This document shows positions 1 through 10,289 of a DNA stretch of 50,930 bases, piece by piece. A model generated the notes under the pieces. It was not told where the DNA came from. It saw only the letters and a list, made by a program, of their open reading frames with translations, and searched no databases. This stretch comes from an uncultured virus (IMG/VR IMGVR_UViG_2654587763_000002) (taxonomy: Duplodnaviria; Heunggongvirae; Uroviricota; Caudoviricetes). A program made the position numbers and the translations under genes. The stretch lies in IMG/VR virus record IMGVR_UViG_2654587763_000002. One strand, given 5' to 3'. Numbering within the stretch: position 1 is the first letter of the stretch; every line of letters starts with the position of its first letter.

Positions 1-1668
<1,668 letters not shown>

Positions 1669-1696
1669 TGGCTAATTCTCTTTAATTTACAGGTTG

Positions 1697-3004
1697 TTAT
1701 TGTGTTGCTTTGAAATCTTGGGGCTGTATTGGGGCCAAATCTGAAAAGTTGGCTCCAAGCCTGCCCCAAACCCTGTCCGCTTCGTCGCGGTCTTGTTCGG
1801 GGATCCATTTGCCATAGACTGTTCGCACCATGGTGCTGTCCTCGTGCCCAAGGTAAGACGCAACCCATTCAGGGTTTGCGCCAGCGGTCAGCATCCAGCA
1901 AGCAAATGTATGGCGCATATGGTATTGGGTTCGGCGGCGAATGCCAGCCCTCTTTATCAACCTGTCCCATTTGTCACCCAAGGTGAAGGCCGTGTAGCAG
2001 ATGCTGAGCCCGGGTGTCTTGCTGGTTACATCGGGGCTGAACACGAACGTGACCTTTTCATCTACCTGCCGGCGGTCCCGCAGCGTCTTCTTGATGTAGT
2101 GGGATTGGCGCATGGCTGTCATTGGCCGCATGCGTCTTAGTGCCTCAATTGCCGGTGGGAGGAGCACAATCGTTCGCTCATGACCTGTCTTCGGCACCTT
2201 GAAGTTGCGGGCCTGGGTGATGTTGCGGCGGATCTGCAATTCCCCGCGCTCCAGGTCAACATCCTCCCATGCCAAGGAGCAGAGCTCCCCAGTACGCATG
2301 CCTGTCCAGCAGGCGAGCTGGACCCACATTGCGTCCATGTCGTGCCTGGCAGACTCCTGCAGGCGACGAAACTCATCTTGATCAAATGGGTCTGGTTTAT
2401 CCCGGATCACTTCCACCTTGGTCAGCACTGAAGAAAGGTCCTGATGGGTGTAGCCGTTCTGCTTGGCGAAGTTGAACAGCCCAGCGGCGACCATCATGTA
2501 GTAGTTGACCGATCTCGGAGCCAAGGGCTTGCTGGTTCTGTTACGCGGCTCGGTCATCAGGTACCGGCGCCATTGCTGCAGGTCTTCGGTCCGGAAGGTG
2601 CTGACGACCCGGGTGTGGTCCAGGTCAGATGCCAGCATCCCCAGGATTGAGCGATATCGGCCACGGGCGTTATCGCCTATGTCCACATCCTTGATCTTCA
2701 GGTAGTGCTCTACCAGGTCGCCCAGAGAGATGTCCCGGCTTGCGGTCGTGCCGGCGAACCGGTGGGCGTTCTTACTGTCTGGGAAGTGTTTGGCGTAGTC
2801 GAAGACACCGATGGCGATTTCATGCAGGATAGCCTCCCGCTTGCGGGAGGCGTGCTTGATGTTGGCTTTGGTGGCCGGCATGTTGAGCGTTTCCCGGCAT
2901 CGCTTGCCGTGGAATCGGAAGTCGATGCGAAGACTCTTGCCGTGCAGTTCGACACCTGGTGTTTCAGCAACGATGTCGATCAGTTCTTGGTTCCGGTCAG
3001 CCAA
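1697..3004 (-). CDS. int: Tyrosine recombinase/integrase with N-terminal arm-binding (DUF3596-like) domain
   Basis: LRIDFRFHGKRCRETL arm domain; catalytic motifs TGMRTGE, HMRHT, LGH, VYG. Confidence 0.95.
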   Translation of the reverse strand: MADRNQELIDIVAETPGVELHGKSLRIDFRFHGKRCRETLNMPATKANIKHASRKREAILHEIAIGVFDYAKHFPDSKNAHRFAGTTASRDISLGDLVEHYLKIKDVDIGDNARGRYRSILGMLASDLDHTRVVSTFRTEDLQQWRRYLMTEPRNRTSKPLAPRSVNYYMMVAAGLFNFAKQNGYTHQDLSSVLTKVEVIRDKPDPFDQDEFRRLQESARHDMDAMWVQLACWTGMRTGELCSLAWEDVDLERGELQIRRNITQARNFKVPKTGHERTIVLLPPAIEALRRMRPMTAMRQSHYIKKTLRDRRQVDEKVTFVFSPDVTSKTPGLSICYTAFTLGDKWDRLIKRAGIRRRTQYHMRHTFACWMLTAGANPEWVASYLGHEDSTMVRTVYGKWIPEQDRDEADRVWGRLGANFSDLAPIQPQDFKATQ

Positions 3005-3195
3005 TCCTCATATCTCCGCCAGTGATAGACATACTTCCCATCCGGGGCCAACTTGTAGTGGACCCCCTCTATAAGCTGGCCCTTCTTCCGCTTCTCGCTG
3101 ATGGCCTTCTCAGTGTACCCGAACATCTCTCCCAAAACTCGAGGCAGAACCCAGCTGGGGCGTTCCATCACAACCACTTTCTGATGCATATTCAT
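2980..3195 (-). CDS. xis: Excisionase-like protein
   Basis: Small basic ORF overlapping int start; GQLIEGVHYKLAPDGKYVY motif typical of excisionases; start taken at the ATG following GGAG. Confidence 0.7.
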   Translation of the reverse strand: MNMHQKVVVMERPSWVLPRVLGEMFGYTEKAISEKRKKGQLIEGVHYKLAPDGKYVYHWRRYEDWLTGTKN

Positions 3196-3255
3196 GTCTC
3201 CTTTACGCCTCACGGCGAGAAGAGCGGCCCCATGGGGCCACTGTCTTTCGTTACG

Positions 3256-3729
3256 CTAGAACGGCAGATCGTCGTCATAAGCGATCGGTTGTTCGGTGTA
3301 GGCCGGTGATTGCGCCGGCTGTGGCGTTGGCCTTTGCTGGCTGCCTGCCGCTTGCTGTTTCCCTCCTCCGTTTTGCCCGCTTCCTCCAAGCATCTGCATC
3401 ACCCCTGTGAAGCTGTCCACGAGCACCTCGGTGGTGTAGCGCTCCTGGCCGCTCTGGTCCTGCCATTTGCGAGTCCGCAGTTTGCCCTCCACATAGACCT
3501 GAGAGCCCTTCTTCAGGTGCTTCCCTGCCACCTCAGCCAACATTCCCATGAACACGACACGATGCCACTCGGTGCGCTCCTTGGCCTCGCCGGTCTGCTT
3601 ATCGCGCCAGGTGTCGGAGGTCGCCAAAGTGATGCTGGTGACAGCGTTCCCGCCGGGCATGTAGCGCACTTCGGGATCCTGGCCGAGGTTGCCGATCAGG
3701 ATGACCTTGTTGATACCGCGGCTGGCCAT
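3256..3729 (-). CDS. ssb: Single-stranded DNA-binding protein
   Basis: [20 protein letters not shown] start and DDDLPF acidic tail; ATG overlaps upstream stop (TGATG). Confidence 0.95.
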   Translation of the reverse strand: MASRGINKVILIGNLGQDPEVRYMPGGNAVTSITLATSDTWRDKQTGEAKERTEWHRVVFMGMLAEVAGKHLKKGSQVYVEGKLRTRKWQDQSGQERYTTEVLVDSFTGVMQMLGGSGQNGGGKQQAAGSQQRPTPQPAQSPAYTEQPIAYDDDLPF

Positions 3730-3986
3730 CAGCGATGCTCCTGGGTTTGATAGAGCTGCTGGAACTTGGTGTTGACCTGCCTCCATTGGGGGTCCTTTGC
3801 CTGCTTGAGGCAGTGGATACGGCGAGCCATCGCGAACTTGGCCTTTTCCAACATATTGGCGCTGGTGGCGTGGTGCTGGGCTTTCTTGTAGGAGAGGGCC
3901 GCATCCTGATGGTTGCCGGCATGCTCCTGCTGGATGGCCTGCTTGAGATCATCCCGGTAATTGCGCTGGTAAAGTTTGATATGCAT
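3729..3986 (-). CDS. Small helical protein, possibly ANR/PerC-like regulator
   Basis: 85 aa, RBS GGAGG, translationally coupled to ssb; [16 protein letters not shown]...ARRIHC resembles ANR/PerC pattern. Confidence 0.5.
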   Translation of the reverse strand: MHIKLYQRNYRDDLKQAIQQEHAGNHQDAALSYKKAQHHATSANMLEKAKFAMARRIHCLKQAKDPQWRQVNTKFQQLYQTQEHR

Positions 3987-4041
3987 CGTGTCCTCCCGGA
4001 CAGTCGTGGTTCGTTACATCCAGGCCTGCATGGCCGGGCAT

Positions 4042-4236
4042 TCAATTCAGGGGGCATTCAATCTCCTGGTACTCCAGTTCGTTGAAATTCAGATACTGGG
4101 CCGGGGCCTTGTCGATGGCGGCCAGCCGGATCTGTTGGTGGGTCATCGGGTGGTGCGCCTCGATGGTCCCGGTCAGGCGATCCGGCGCAGCCCCCAACTC
4201 TGTGGCCGCATTCAGGGTGTAGGTGTAACGGTGCAT
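4042..4236 (-). CDS. Hypothetical phage protein
   Basis: 64 aa, RBS GGAG, co-oriented within the leftward operon. Confidence 0.6.
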   Translation of the reverse strand: MHRYTYTLNAATELGAAPDRLTGTIEAHHPMTHQQIRLAAIDKAPAQYLNFNELEYQEIECPLN

Positions 4237-4649
4237 TGGCCTGCTCCTTTGGTTGTGTCGATTTGCCAGCGATAACCGCCGTGTTGTTTCTGCTGGCCGG
4301 CAAGACAGCGGGTGATGCCGACCCTGACAAAACCGCCTTTGGTCTCTGCATCAGTGACACTGTCGAACCGGACGACCTGATCCCCATTGATGCCGATCAC
4401 CGGGGTCTTGCGCCATTGCGGCGGTTTGACTGCATCAACGAAGAGGCGGCGGGTATGGCGCCCGCGACCGTTGTCCCCAACCATGCAGAAGTGTTCAATC
4501 CGGGTGGTGAAGCGGGCCTCCCTGTGGATCTGGCCCATCACGATGCTGGCCTCACTGACAGTGAGGGAGAACTCGGCGGCTACATCGGCACTGATGGCGC
4601 CGCCGGTGCGGGCATGAATCCACTCGGCAACGTCCTGAACAACGCTCAT
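4212..4649 (-). CDS. Putative DNA-binding protein (N-terminal HTH, C-terminal NUMOD1-like)
   Basis: ATGA overlap with the MTase; C-terminal RFDSVTDAE...ITRCLAGQQKQHGGYRW resembles NUMOD1. Confidence 0.6.
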   Translation of the reverse strand: MSVVQDVAEWIHARTGGAISADVAAEFSLTVSEASIVMGQIHREARFTTRIEHFCMVGDNGRGRHTRRLFVDAVKPPQWRKTPVIGINGDQVVRFDSVTDAETKGGFVRVGITRCLAGQQKQHGGYRWQIDTTKGAGQCTVTPTP

Positions 4650-6457
4650 GCTGCCCTCCTGGCTTGCAGCTGCTTGTACGGGTTATTGGCTCTGGCGATG
4701 GCCGCCATCGGCGGCGGGCTGACGCTGTTGCCCACCATCAACACTTGATCGGTGATGGAGAGCGGGGTGCCGTCGTGGCCGCGGTCATGGATGTAGTGGC
4801 GCGGCATGCCCTGGCAGCCATAGAGCTCTTTCGGTACCAGCATGCGCAGGCCGATATCCACGATCACCCAGGTGTTGCCGCACCAGGTCACGGTCACCAG
4901 TGCCAGCCGGTCCTTGGTGGTGATGGTGTGCATCGGCTCGGTGACAGCACCCCACTGCCCGCCGCTCGAGTAGTAGCGCATCAGGAAGGCGCTGACCCGC
5001 AGGGCTCCGGCCTCTTGCTCCGGTGTCAGGCCGCACTCACCCGGGCTCGCCATCACGGTCTGCACCAGGGCGTGGTGCTGGCCCGCTGAGACGATGGTGG
5101 GGAGCTGGCTTTCTGGAGTGCTCGGTGGCAGGTTCTTGCGCAGGTGCACCATGAAGGCTGAGGCCAGTTGCTGCTGGCTGCCGCTCGAGGTGATGGTGCT
5201 GCATGGGTCAGTCACGGATCTGGCGGGCACGGTGTTGAACCCACCATTGGCCTGCACCATCAAGGGAGCCGCCAGCATGGACTTGCCACCGCCGCCGGCC
5301 ATGATGGCTGCTGCAGGTTCATCCACCCCGTGCTCACCCCCTTTTCCGAAGTGGCGCACCACCAGAGGGGCCAGACTCGGGTTGCACACGGCGAACGCGC
5401 CACCCTTGGGCCAGCCTGTAATAGTGCGCAATGGGGCATCAACCGAATCGACACCGCGCCCTGACCAGTTGGCCAGCTCGATGACGAAGGGCTTGGGATT
5501 GGTCAGCACCTCGCGGATCACCCCGATTGCCACGCGCTCCAGGGTGGCATCGGCCAGTGGGCGTTTGACGTTCAGCCCCTGTGCCCGGGCTTCTTCCTTG
5601 GTGAGGAAGATGCTGGGGCAGGGGATAGACCAGTCGATGTGATCCGCCGTTACCCGATAGGGCTTGAGGTGGCTGCCTGGTGCCGGGGCCTTGCAATGCG
5701 TCGGGGCGGGCCAGCAAACGGGTTCCCCGTCCCGGCGGGCAACGAGGTAGAGGCGCTGGCGGCTGGTGGCCGCACCGTAATCGGCTGCATTCTTCACGGT
5801 ATGGTCAAGCTCATACCCCATGCGCTCGATGCTGGCCAGAAAGCGGCGCCAAGTCTGGCCTGCCCGCTTGGGATCCGGCACAAGGTATTGCTGCTGGCGT
5901 GGCACCCGCTCCCCGGGCTCGGCGATATGCTGCTCGATCTTGGTCTTCTTGCCGCGCTGAACCTCGACCAGCTTGATGACCCGGCCAGTGGCCTTGTCCC
6001 GCTTGGCGATGAGGGGCCCCCAGGTGCGCATCTGCTTGACGTTCTCCATGGAAAGCACGGCAGGTTTGCTCAGGGCAAGCCATTTGGTGATCACCCATGC
6101 CAGGCTGCGGATCTCCTGCTTGCGCGGCTGACCGCCGGCGGCCTGTGAGTGGTGGGTGCAATCCGGGCTGGCGTGCAGCCAACCGACCGAGCGCCCTGCC
6201 AGCACAGCAACCGGGTCCACGGCCCAGATATCCTCCTGCAGGTGCAGGGCCTCCGGGTGGTTTGCCTGGTGCATGGAAAGAGCCTTCGAGTTGTGGTTGA
6301 TGGCGATGTGCACCGGGCGCCCCAGCCCACGCTCGATCCCGGTGCTGGCACCGCCGCCGCCGGCGAACAAGTCCACGTTGATGGCAGAGTCCAGGTTAAG
6401 CGGGGCCCCGGTCACCTTGGCCCTGACGGCGCGGGAGCGGCGAAGTGATTTGCTCAT
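4646..6457 (-). CDS. DNA (cytosine-5)-methyltransferase
   Basis: DLFAGGGG (motif I), SPDC catalytic motif, ENV, RQRLY, GNSVSPP. Confidence 0.93.
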   Translation of the reverse strand: MSKSLRRSRAVRAKVTGAPLNLDSAINVDLFAGGGGASTGIERGLGRPVHIAINHNSKALSMHQANHPEALHLQEDIWAVDPVAVLAGRSVGWLHASPDCTHHSQAAGGQPRKQEIRSLAWVITKWLALSKPAVLSMENVKQMRTWGPLIAKRDKATGRVIKLVEVQRGKKTKIEQHIAEPGERVPRQQQYLVPDPKRAGQTWRRFLASIERMGYELDHTVKNAADYGAATSRQRLYLVARRDGEPVCWPAPTHCKAPAPGSHLKPYRVTADHIDWSIPCPSIFLTKEEARAQGLNVKRPLADATLERVAIGVIREVLTNPKPFVIELANWSGRGVDSVDAPLRTITGWPKGGAFAVCNPSLAPLVVRHFGKGGEHGVDEPAAAIMAGGGGKSMLAAPLMVQANGGFNTVPARSVTDPCSTITSSGSQQQLASAFMVHLRKNLPPSTPESQLPTIVSAGQHHALVQTVMASPGECGLTPEQEAGALRVSAFLMRYYSSGGQWGAVTEPMHTITTKDRLALVTVTWCGNTWVIVDIGLRMLVPKELYGCQGMPRHYIHDRGHDGTPLSITDQVLMVGNSVSPPPMAAIARANNPYKQLQARRAA

Positions 6458-8199
6458 GCCATCACCTCATTCACTCGGGTAATGGCGTTGATCATCACGC
6501 TCTTTTGCGTGACGGGGCTGAGGGTCGGCTCGTTATGCAGGGCGTTCAGCAAGGCGATGACGGCCTCCTGGCGGTGCAGGTCGAGCATGGTGAAGGCCTC
6601 TGTGAAGTTGTATCCCTCAACCTGCTTCAGAGTGGAGACAGTCTTGCGCAGCAGCGCTTTGGTTTCCTCGTCCAGAGTGGTGTATTCGTCCATGAGCTGC
6701 TCGTCGCTGACCGAGATGGCGATCGCTACCTCCCGGGCGGTGTAGTGCTCCTTGGCGCCGTAGAGCACGGTCAGCACGGCGACGAAGCACGACCACTCGG
6801 CGCCACCCAGATTGAGCTCGTCGTTCTGGTAGTCGAAGGCCCAGTCTTCCAGCGGCTTGATGTTGGGGGCCTCGTCTTGCTGGTGGCTATCCGGTTCTGG
6901 CTCAGACAACAGCTCGAGCTGCAGTTCGCTCTGCACAGGTTCGGCACTCTGCGCCAACAGCTCGGCGGCTTTGGCGGTGGCCTGTGCCAGCAGATCGCCG
7001 GGGGCCGTCAGGTTGTCGATGATCCAGGCGGCCAGCTCGGCGGTCCTGGCCGGGGTCAGGATGTCCGCATCGTCGATCTGGTAGATAACCCCCTTCACTG
7101 CGGGGTGGCGCTGCCAGTGGGGCAGGGCGGGTGATCGATTATCTTCTGCGACAAAGCCCTGATGGATAGGCTTACCGGCCAGCAGGTTGGCGACGGCCAG
7201 ATCAAGCCGATAGAAGATCTCGGAGAGTGGATAGGGCTCGTCCAGCCAACCCTGCACATAGCCCCTGACCGTGGCCAGCTGCTCTTCGCTCAGGTCGCTG
7301 CACTCGAGCTGTTTGCCCATGATGCTGCCAGCATCGGAATAGCCCTGCTCGGCCAGCATGGTGCTGTCCGTGATGGGCAATACCAGCTCCAGCATTGCCA
7401 GCTCGTCAGCCGCAGCGGCGTTGGTCGTGTCATCGCTGGCCACTGGCGGTTCCCACGCTGTCGGCTTGGCGACGGCAGGTTCGTCCAGCAGCATGGCTGG
7501 CTCGGTAGAAGTGGCCTTGGCGATGGCCTGGCTGGCTTCTTCGTTGAGGGCAACCGCCTGGCGGTGGATCATGTCGAGGATGATCTGGCCGGTGGTGATG
7601 AGGTCATCCCGGCGCAGGCGTGCCTCGGGTCGACGCTCGCCCTGCCAGCTTGCATCGAAGATCGCCACGGCAGAGGCAAAGCCGCTGGCGCTGGGTTTGT
7701 CCTGCTTCGGATCGCGGGGCACGTACCAGCTCGGGACTTCAAAGCCGATGCGGCCGCTGATGAACTGGATGAAGTCGGCATCCTCCGGCCACCAGGTCTC
7801 GCTGGTGGCTGCCTTGATGAGCAGCATGATCTTGGCGCCCTGTGCCCGCTGCTCGCGGCAGTAGTTGAGGATGGCCTCCATCCCGGTGATGGGGTTGCCC
7901 TCGCTATCCGTGCAAGGGCGGGAGTAGGGCGGGTTGCCGAAGGCGGCACCACCGAAGCAGCGCAGGTCGGCGGCCAGCTCCTGGGTGAGGGCATTGTCTT
8001 CGGCGTCGTAGTAGTGCGGCACCAGAGCGTTGCAGTCATCGGCGAACATGTCGAGCACTACCGGCCCCAGGGTGGGGGCGAACTGGTGGAACAGGCCCCA
8101 GGCCAATGCCTTGGGGGTCTGCCATTGGTCGCCAATCTGCTTGAGCTCGTGGTCAGGCTGGGCCTGCAGTTCTGCCAGCGCTTGGGCGTAGTGGTTCAT
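6454..8199 (-). CDS. Phage N6-adenine DNA methyltransferase with long C-terminal extension
   Basis: DQWQTP, LDMFAD and NPPYS motifs in the first ~210 aa; remainder unassigned. Confidence 0.85.
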   Translation of the reverse strand: MNHYAQALAELQAQPDHELKQIGDQWQTPKALAWGLFHQFAPTLGPVVLDMFADDCNALVPHYYDAEDNALTQELAADLRCFGGAAFGNPPYSRPCTDSEGNPITGMEAILNYCREQRAQGAKIMLLIKAATSETWWPEDADFIQFISGRIGFEVPSWYVPRDPKQDKPSASGFASAVAIFDASWQGERRPEARLRRDDLITTGQIILDMIHRQAVALNEEASQAIAKATSTEPAMLLDEPAVAKPTAWEPPVASDDTTNAAAADELAMLELVLPITDSTMLAEQGYSDAGSIMGKQLECSDLSEEQLATVRGYVQGWLDEPYPLSEIFYRLDLAVANLLAGKPIHQGFVAEDNRSPALPHWQRHPAVKGVIYQIDDADILTPARTAELAAWIIDNLTAPGDLLAQATAKAAELLAQSAEPVQSELQLELLSEPEPDSHQQDEAPNIKPLEDWAFDYQNDELNLGGAEWSCFVAVLTVLYGAKEHYTAREVAIAISVSDEQLMDEYTTLDEETKALLRKTVSTLKQVEGYNFTEAFTMLDLHRQEAVIALLNALHNEPTLSPVTQKSVMINAITRVNEVMA

Positions 8200-8236
8200 C
8201 GTTGCCTCTTCGTTGAGATATGACCCGCTCCCCGGA

Positions 8237-8440
8237 TCAGGGCTTGGCCTTCTTTGCGACCCTGGCTACTGCGCGGGCCGCCTTGAGGCACTCATCGAAC
8301 ACCTTCCCCTTGGCGAAGCTGGGCGTCCGGTCAAAATAGAAGGTGGCTTCTTTCACCCCCAGCGAGACCGCATGGGGGGGGAATTCCTCCTTCTCCAGCG
8401 TTGCCTTGATGTGCTTGGCAATGAACTCGCGTGGGTGCAT
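8237..8440 (-). CDS. Hypothetical phage protein
   Basis: MHPREFIAKH..., RBS GGAGG upstream of ATG 8440. Confidence 0.65.
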   Translation of the reverse strand: MHPREFIAKHIKATLEKEEFPPHAVSLGVKEATFYFDRTPSFAKGKVFDECLKAARAVARVAKKAKP

Positions 8441-8582
8441 GGCTGCCTCCGCTATGTCTGAAATTGGTCTCATCACGCAAGCGACAGGCAATAGGAGGCC
8501 GTGACCCGCTGTTGGGCCGCTATCGCTTGTGGGATAAGGGCCCCGTTGCCGGGGCCAGGAGAGAACAACTCGGGCTGATTGG

Positions 8583-8720
8583 TCAGGGCCCGGAGCCCTG
8601 TGCCAGCATGGGCAGTGGTGCTGCCCTTGATGGCGCCGTCAGGTGGGTGACGGCTGGTATTGCAAGTTGGTCAGCTGCCAGCCCGAGCAGCCAGATCAAC
8701 ATCAGGAGTAGTAACCACAT
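8583..8720 (-). CDS. Small hydrophobic peptide (45 aa), not in the ORF track
   Basis: Hand translation MWLLLLMLIWLLGLAADQLAIPAVTHLTAPSRAAPLPMLAQGSGP; AGGTG upstream. Confidence 0.45.
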   Translation of the reverse strand: MWLLLLMLIWLLGLAADQLAIPAVTHLTAPSRAAPLPMLAQGSGP

Positions 8721-8739
8721 GCGTTGCACCTGTGGTGGT

Positions 8740-9400
8740 GGCTTGAGCACTTCACAGTGAGTCAGCCGTTCTTGCTATTGGTACCGGTGCGCCCTCACGG
8801 GCAGACCTACCTATCGAAACTGTCGCCTCTCGGCGAGGGCCTGGGTGGCGCTTCACAGCGGGACCAGGCGACCGCGTAACCCTGCGGTGGGAGATATGAT
8901 CACCTCCTTGGGGTGGTCAAATCGGTTGGCTGTGGAGGCCGGTGATGTCTTCTCATGCACCATCTCGTCATTCGCGTGTGTTTCCACCCCAACAGGGTCT
9001 TGTTGTCACACGGTTTCGTCCGGCAGCTGCGCTCGCCATCACCACAACTGCGGATTGCACTGGCATCATTGCGGTGTACCGAAAGAACCGGCAGGCCTAC
9101 CATTTCCAATGCAATCCCAGTTGTGTCCCGGCCTTTCACCGGGGGGTGGCTGGGGAGTCAGACCCGCCACTCGCTTCGTTCGCTATCACTTCAACAACGC
9201 TGTCTTTCCAGCTGCCAGCCGGTCACTGACTGTGTTTTCCGGTCACCTTGGTCGGCACGCATACCAGCCTTGCCAAGGGAGAGCGGGGAGGTGAGTCAGC
9301 CCGGTTGCCGGTGTTATGTCCCCAAGCGGTTTGTTGCCACCGCTGCCAGTGTTGTTCTGGCCCTCCGGCTGGGGTCGTCTTTCGCACTGAATTCAATTCC
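8740..9400 (-). ncRNA. Putative structured leader RNA of the leftward (pL) transcript
   Basis: Multiple hairpins with GNRA loops on the minus strand plus a 20-bp stem (9043-9063/9106-9125); no convincing long ORF. Confidence 0.5.
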
Positions 9401-9454
9401 TAACTTTTGGTTAGCATATATCAGGTTTGTTTTCGATCAATACCCGAAAGTTAG
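9400..9454 (-). promoter_or_regulatory. pL promoter and oL operators
   Basis: Minus strand TTGATC-N16-TATGCT; operators CTAAC-TTTTG-GTTAG (9400-9414) and ATACC-CGAAA-GTTAG (9440-9454). Confidence 0.65.
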
Positions 9455-9524
9455 GTTTTTTAGTTTTTTTTCATTCAGGCTCATTCGGTGCAAAACTGGG
9501 ACGTGCTGAAGGGAGGGATGCCGA

Positions 9525-10271
9525 GTGAGCAGGTTGATGGAGTGCCAAGCGTGTCATGCGCTGATTGAGGAAGGAGAGAGCCCGTGCCCGCAATGCGGGT
9601 CCACGCTGCTTGGCGGGGTGGGGGCCGACCTGGCCCATCAGTTGGCGGTGAAGCAGCAGCAAGAGGCGTTTGTGGCCACGTACCACACCTGGTCTGATGG
9701 GGGCTGGGAGGGGATAGGGATAGACATGGTCCGCCACCGGTTGGCGGTGCGCTTTTTTGATGGGCATATCCGTGCCCGCAAGATCATCCAGGGTACGCAG
9801 GTGATCGGGGTCAAGGTCAGGGAGACGGCCGGCGCCACGCACACCAAGACGCAGGGCGGCAGTCAGCTAGGTCGGGCGTTGGTTGGCGGTGTGTTGATGG
9901 GCGGTGTCGGCGCATTGCTGGGCGGCCTGAGCGCCAAGCAAACCAGCACGGGGACCGTGTCGTTGGTGCAGGTGTTGATCACCACCCAGGAGCCCGATTA
10001 TCAACTGCTGAGCATCACCCTGCTGGCCGGGGAGTTCAGGGCAGATTCGGCTGCGGTGGCGCAGGCCAGACGGTCTGCAGAGGTGTGGGTGGCGCGAGTA
10101 GAGGGATTGATCCATCAGTGCGCCGCTCAGGCGGTGAGGCCTGAGCACGGCGGCAGTGTGGCAGATGAACTGGGCAAACTGGTGTGGCTGCGTGAGCACG
10201 GTGAGATCACCATGCAGGAGTTCGACCTGCTCAAGCGGCAGTTGCTTGCAAATCGCGATGCAGATTCATAA
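9525..10271 (+). CDS. Zinc-ribbon + glycine-zipper + SHOCT-domain protein
   Basis: CQAC/CPQC; LGRALVGGVLMGGVGALLGGL; C-terminal SVADELGKLVWLREHGEITMQEFDLLKRQLL (SHOCT-like). Confidence 0.75.
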   Translation: MSRLMECQACHALIEEGESPCPQCGSTLLGGVGADLAHQLAVKQQQEAFVATYHTWSDGGWEGIGIDMVRHRLAVRFFDGHIRARKIIQGTQVIGVKVRETAGATHTKTQGGSQLGRALVGGVLMGGVGALLGGLSAKQTSTGTVSLVQVLITTQEPDYQLLSITLLAGEFRADSAAVAQARRSAEVWVARVEGLIHQCAAQAVRPEHGGSVADELGKLVWLREHGEITMQEFDLLKRQLLANRDADS

Positions 10272-10289
10272 CCCGATTGCGGATTGGCG

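Noticed and set aside
8950..9040. Possible self-cleaving ribozyme (hammerhead/HDV-like fragments)
   Set aside because: Required core motifs and pairings could not be assembled by eye
9145..9170. tRNA T-arm-like hairpin (GGGTCTGACTCCC on the minus strand)
   Set aside because: Lacks the TTCG consensus, and no cloverleaf could be built
8845..9509. ORFs 8845-9294, 8900-9139, 8942-9229 and 8955-9509
   Set aside because: No convincing RBS or protein-like composition; the region is better explained as structured RNA, although short peptides cannot be excluded
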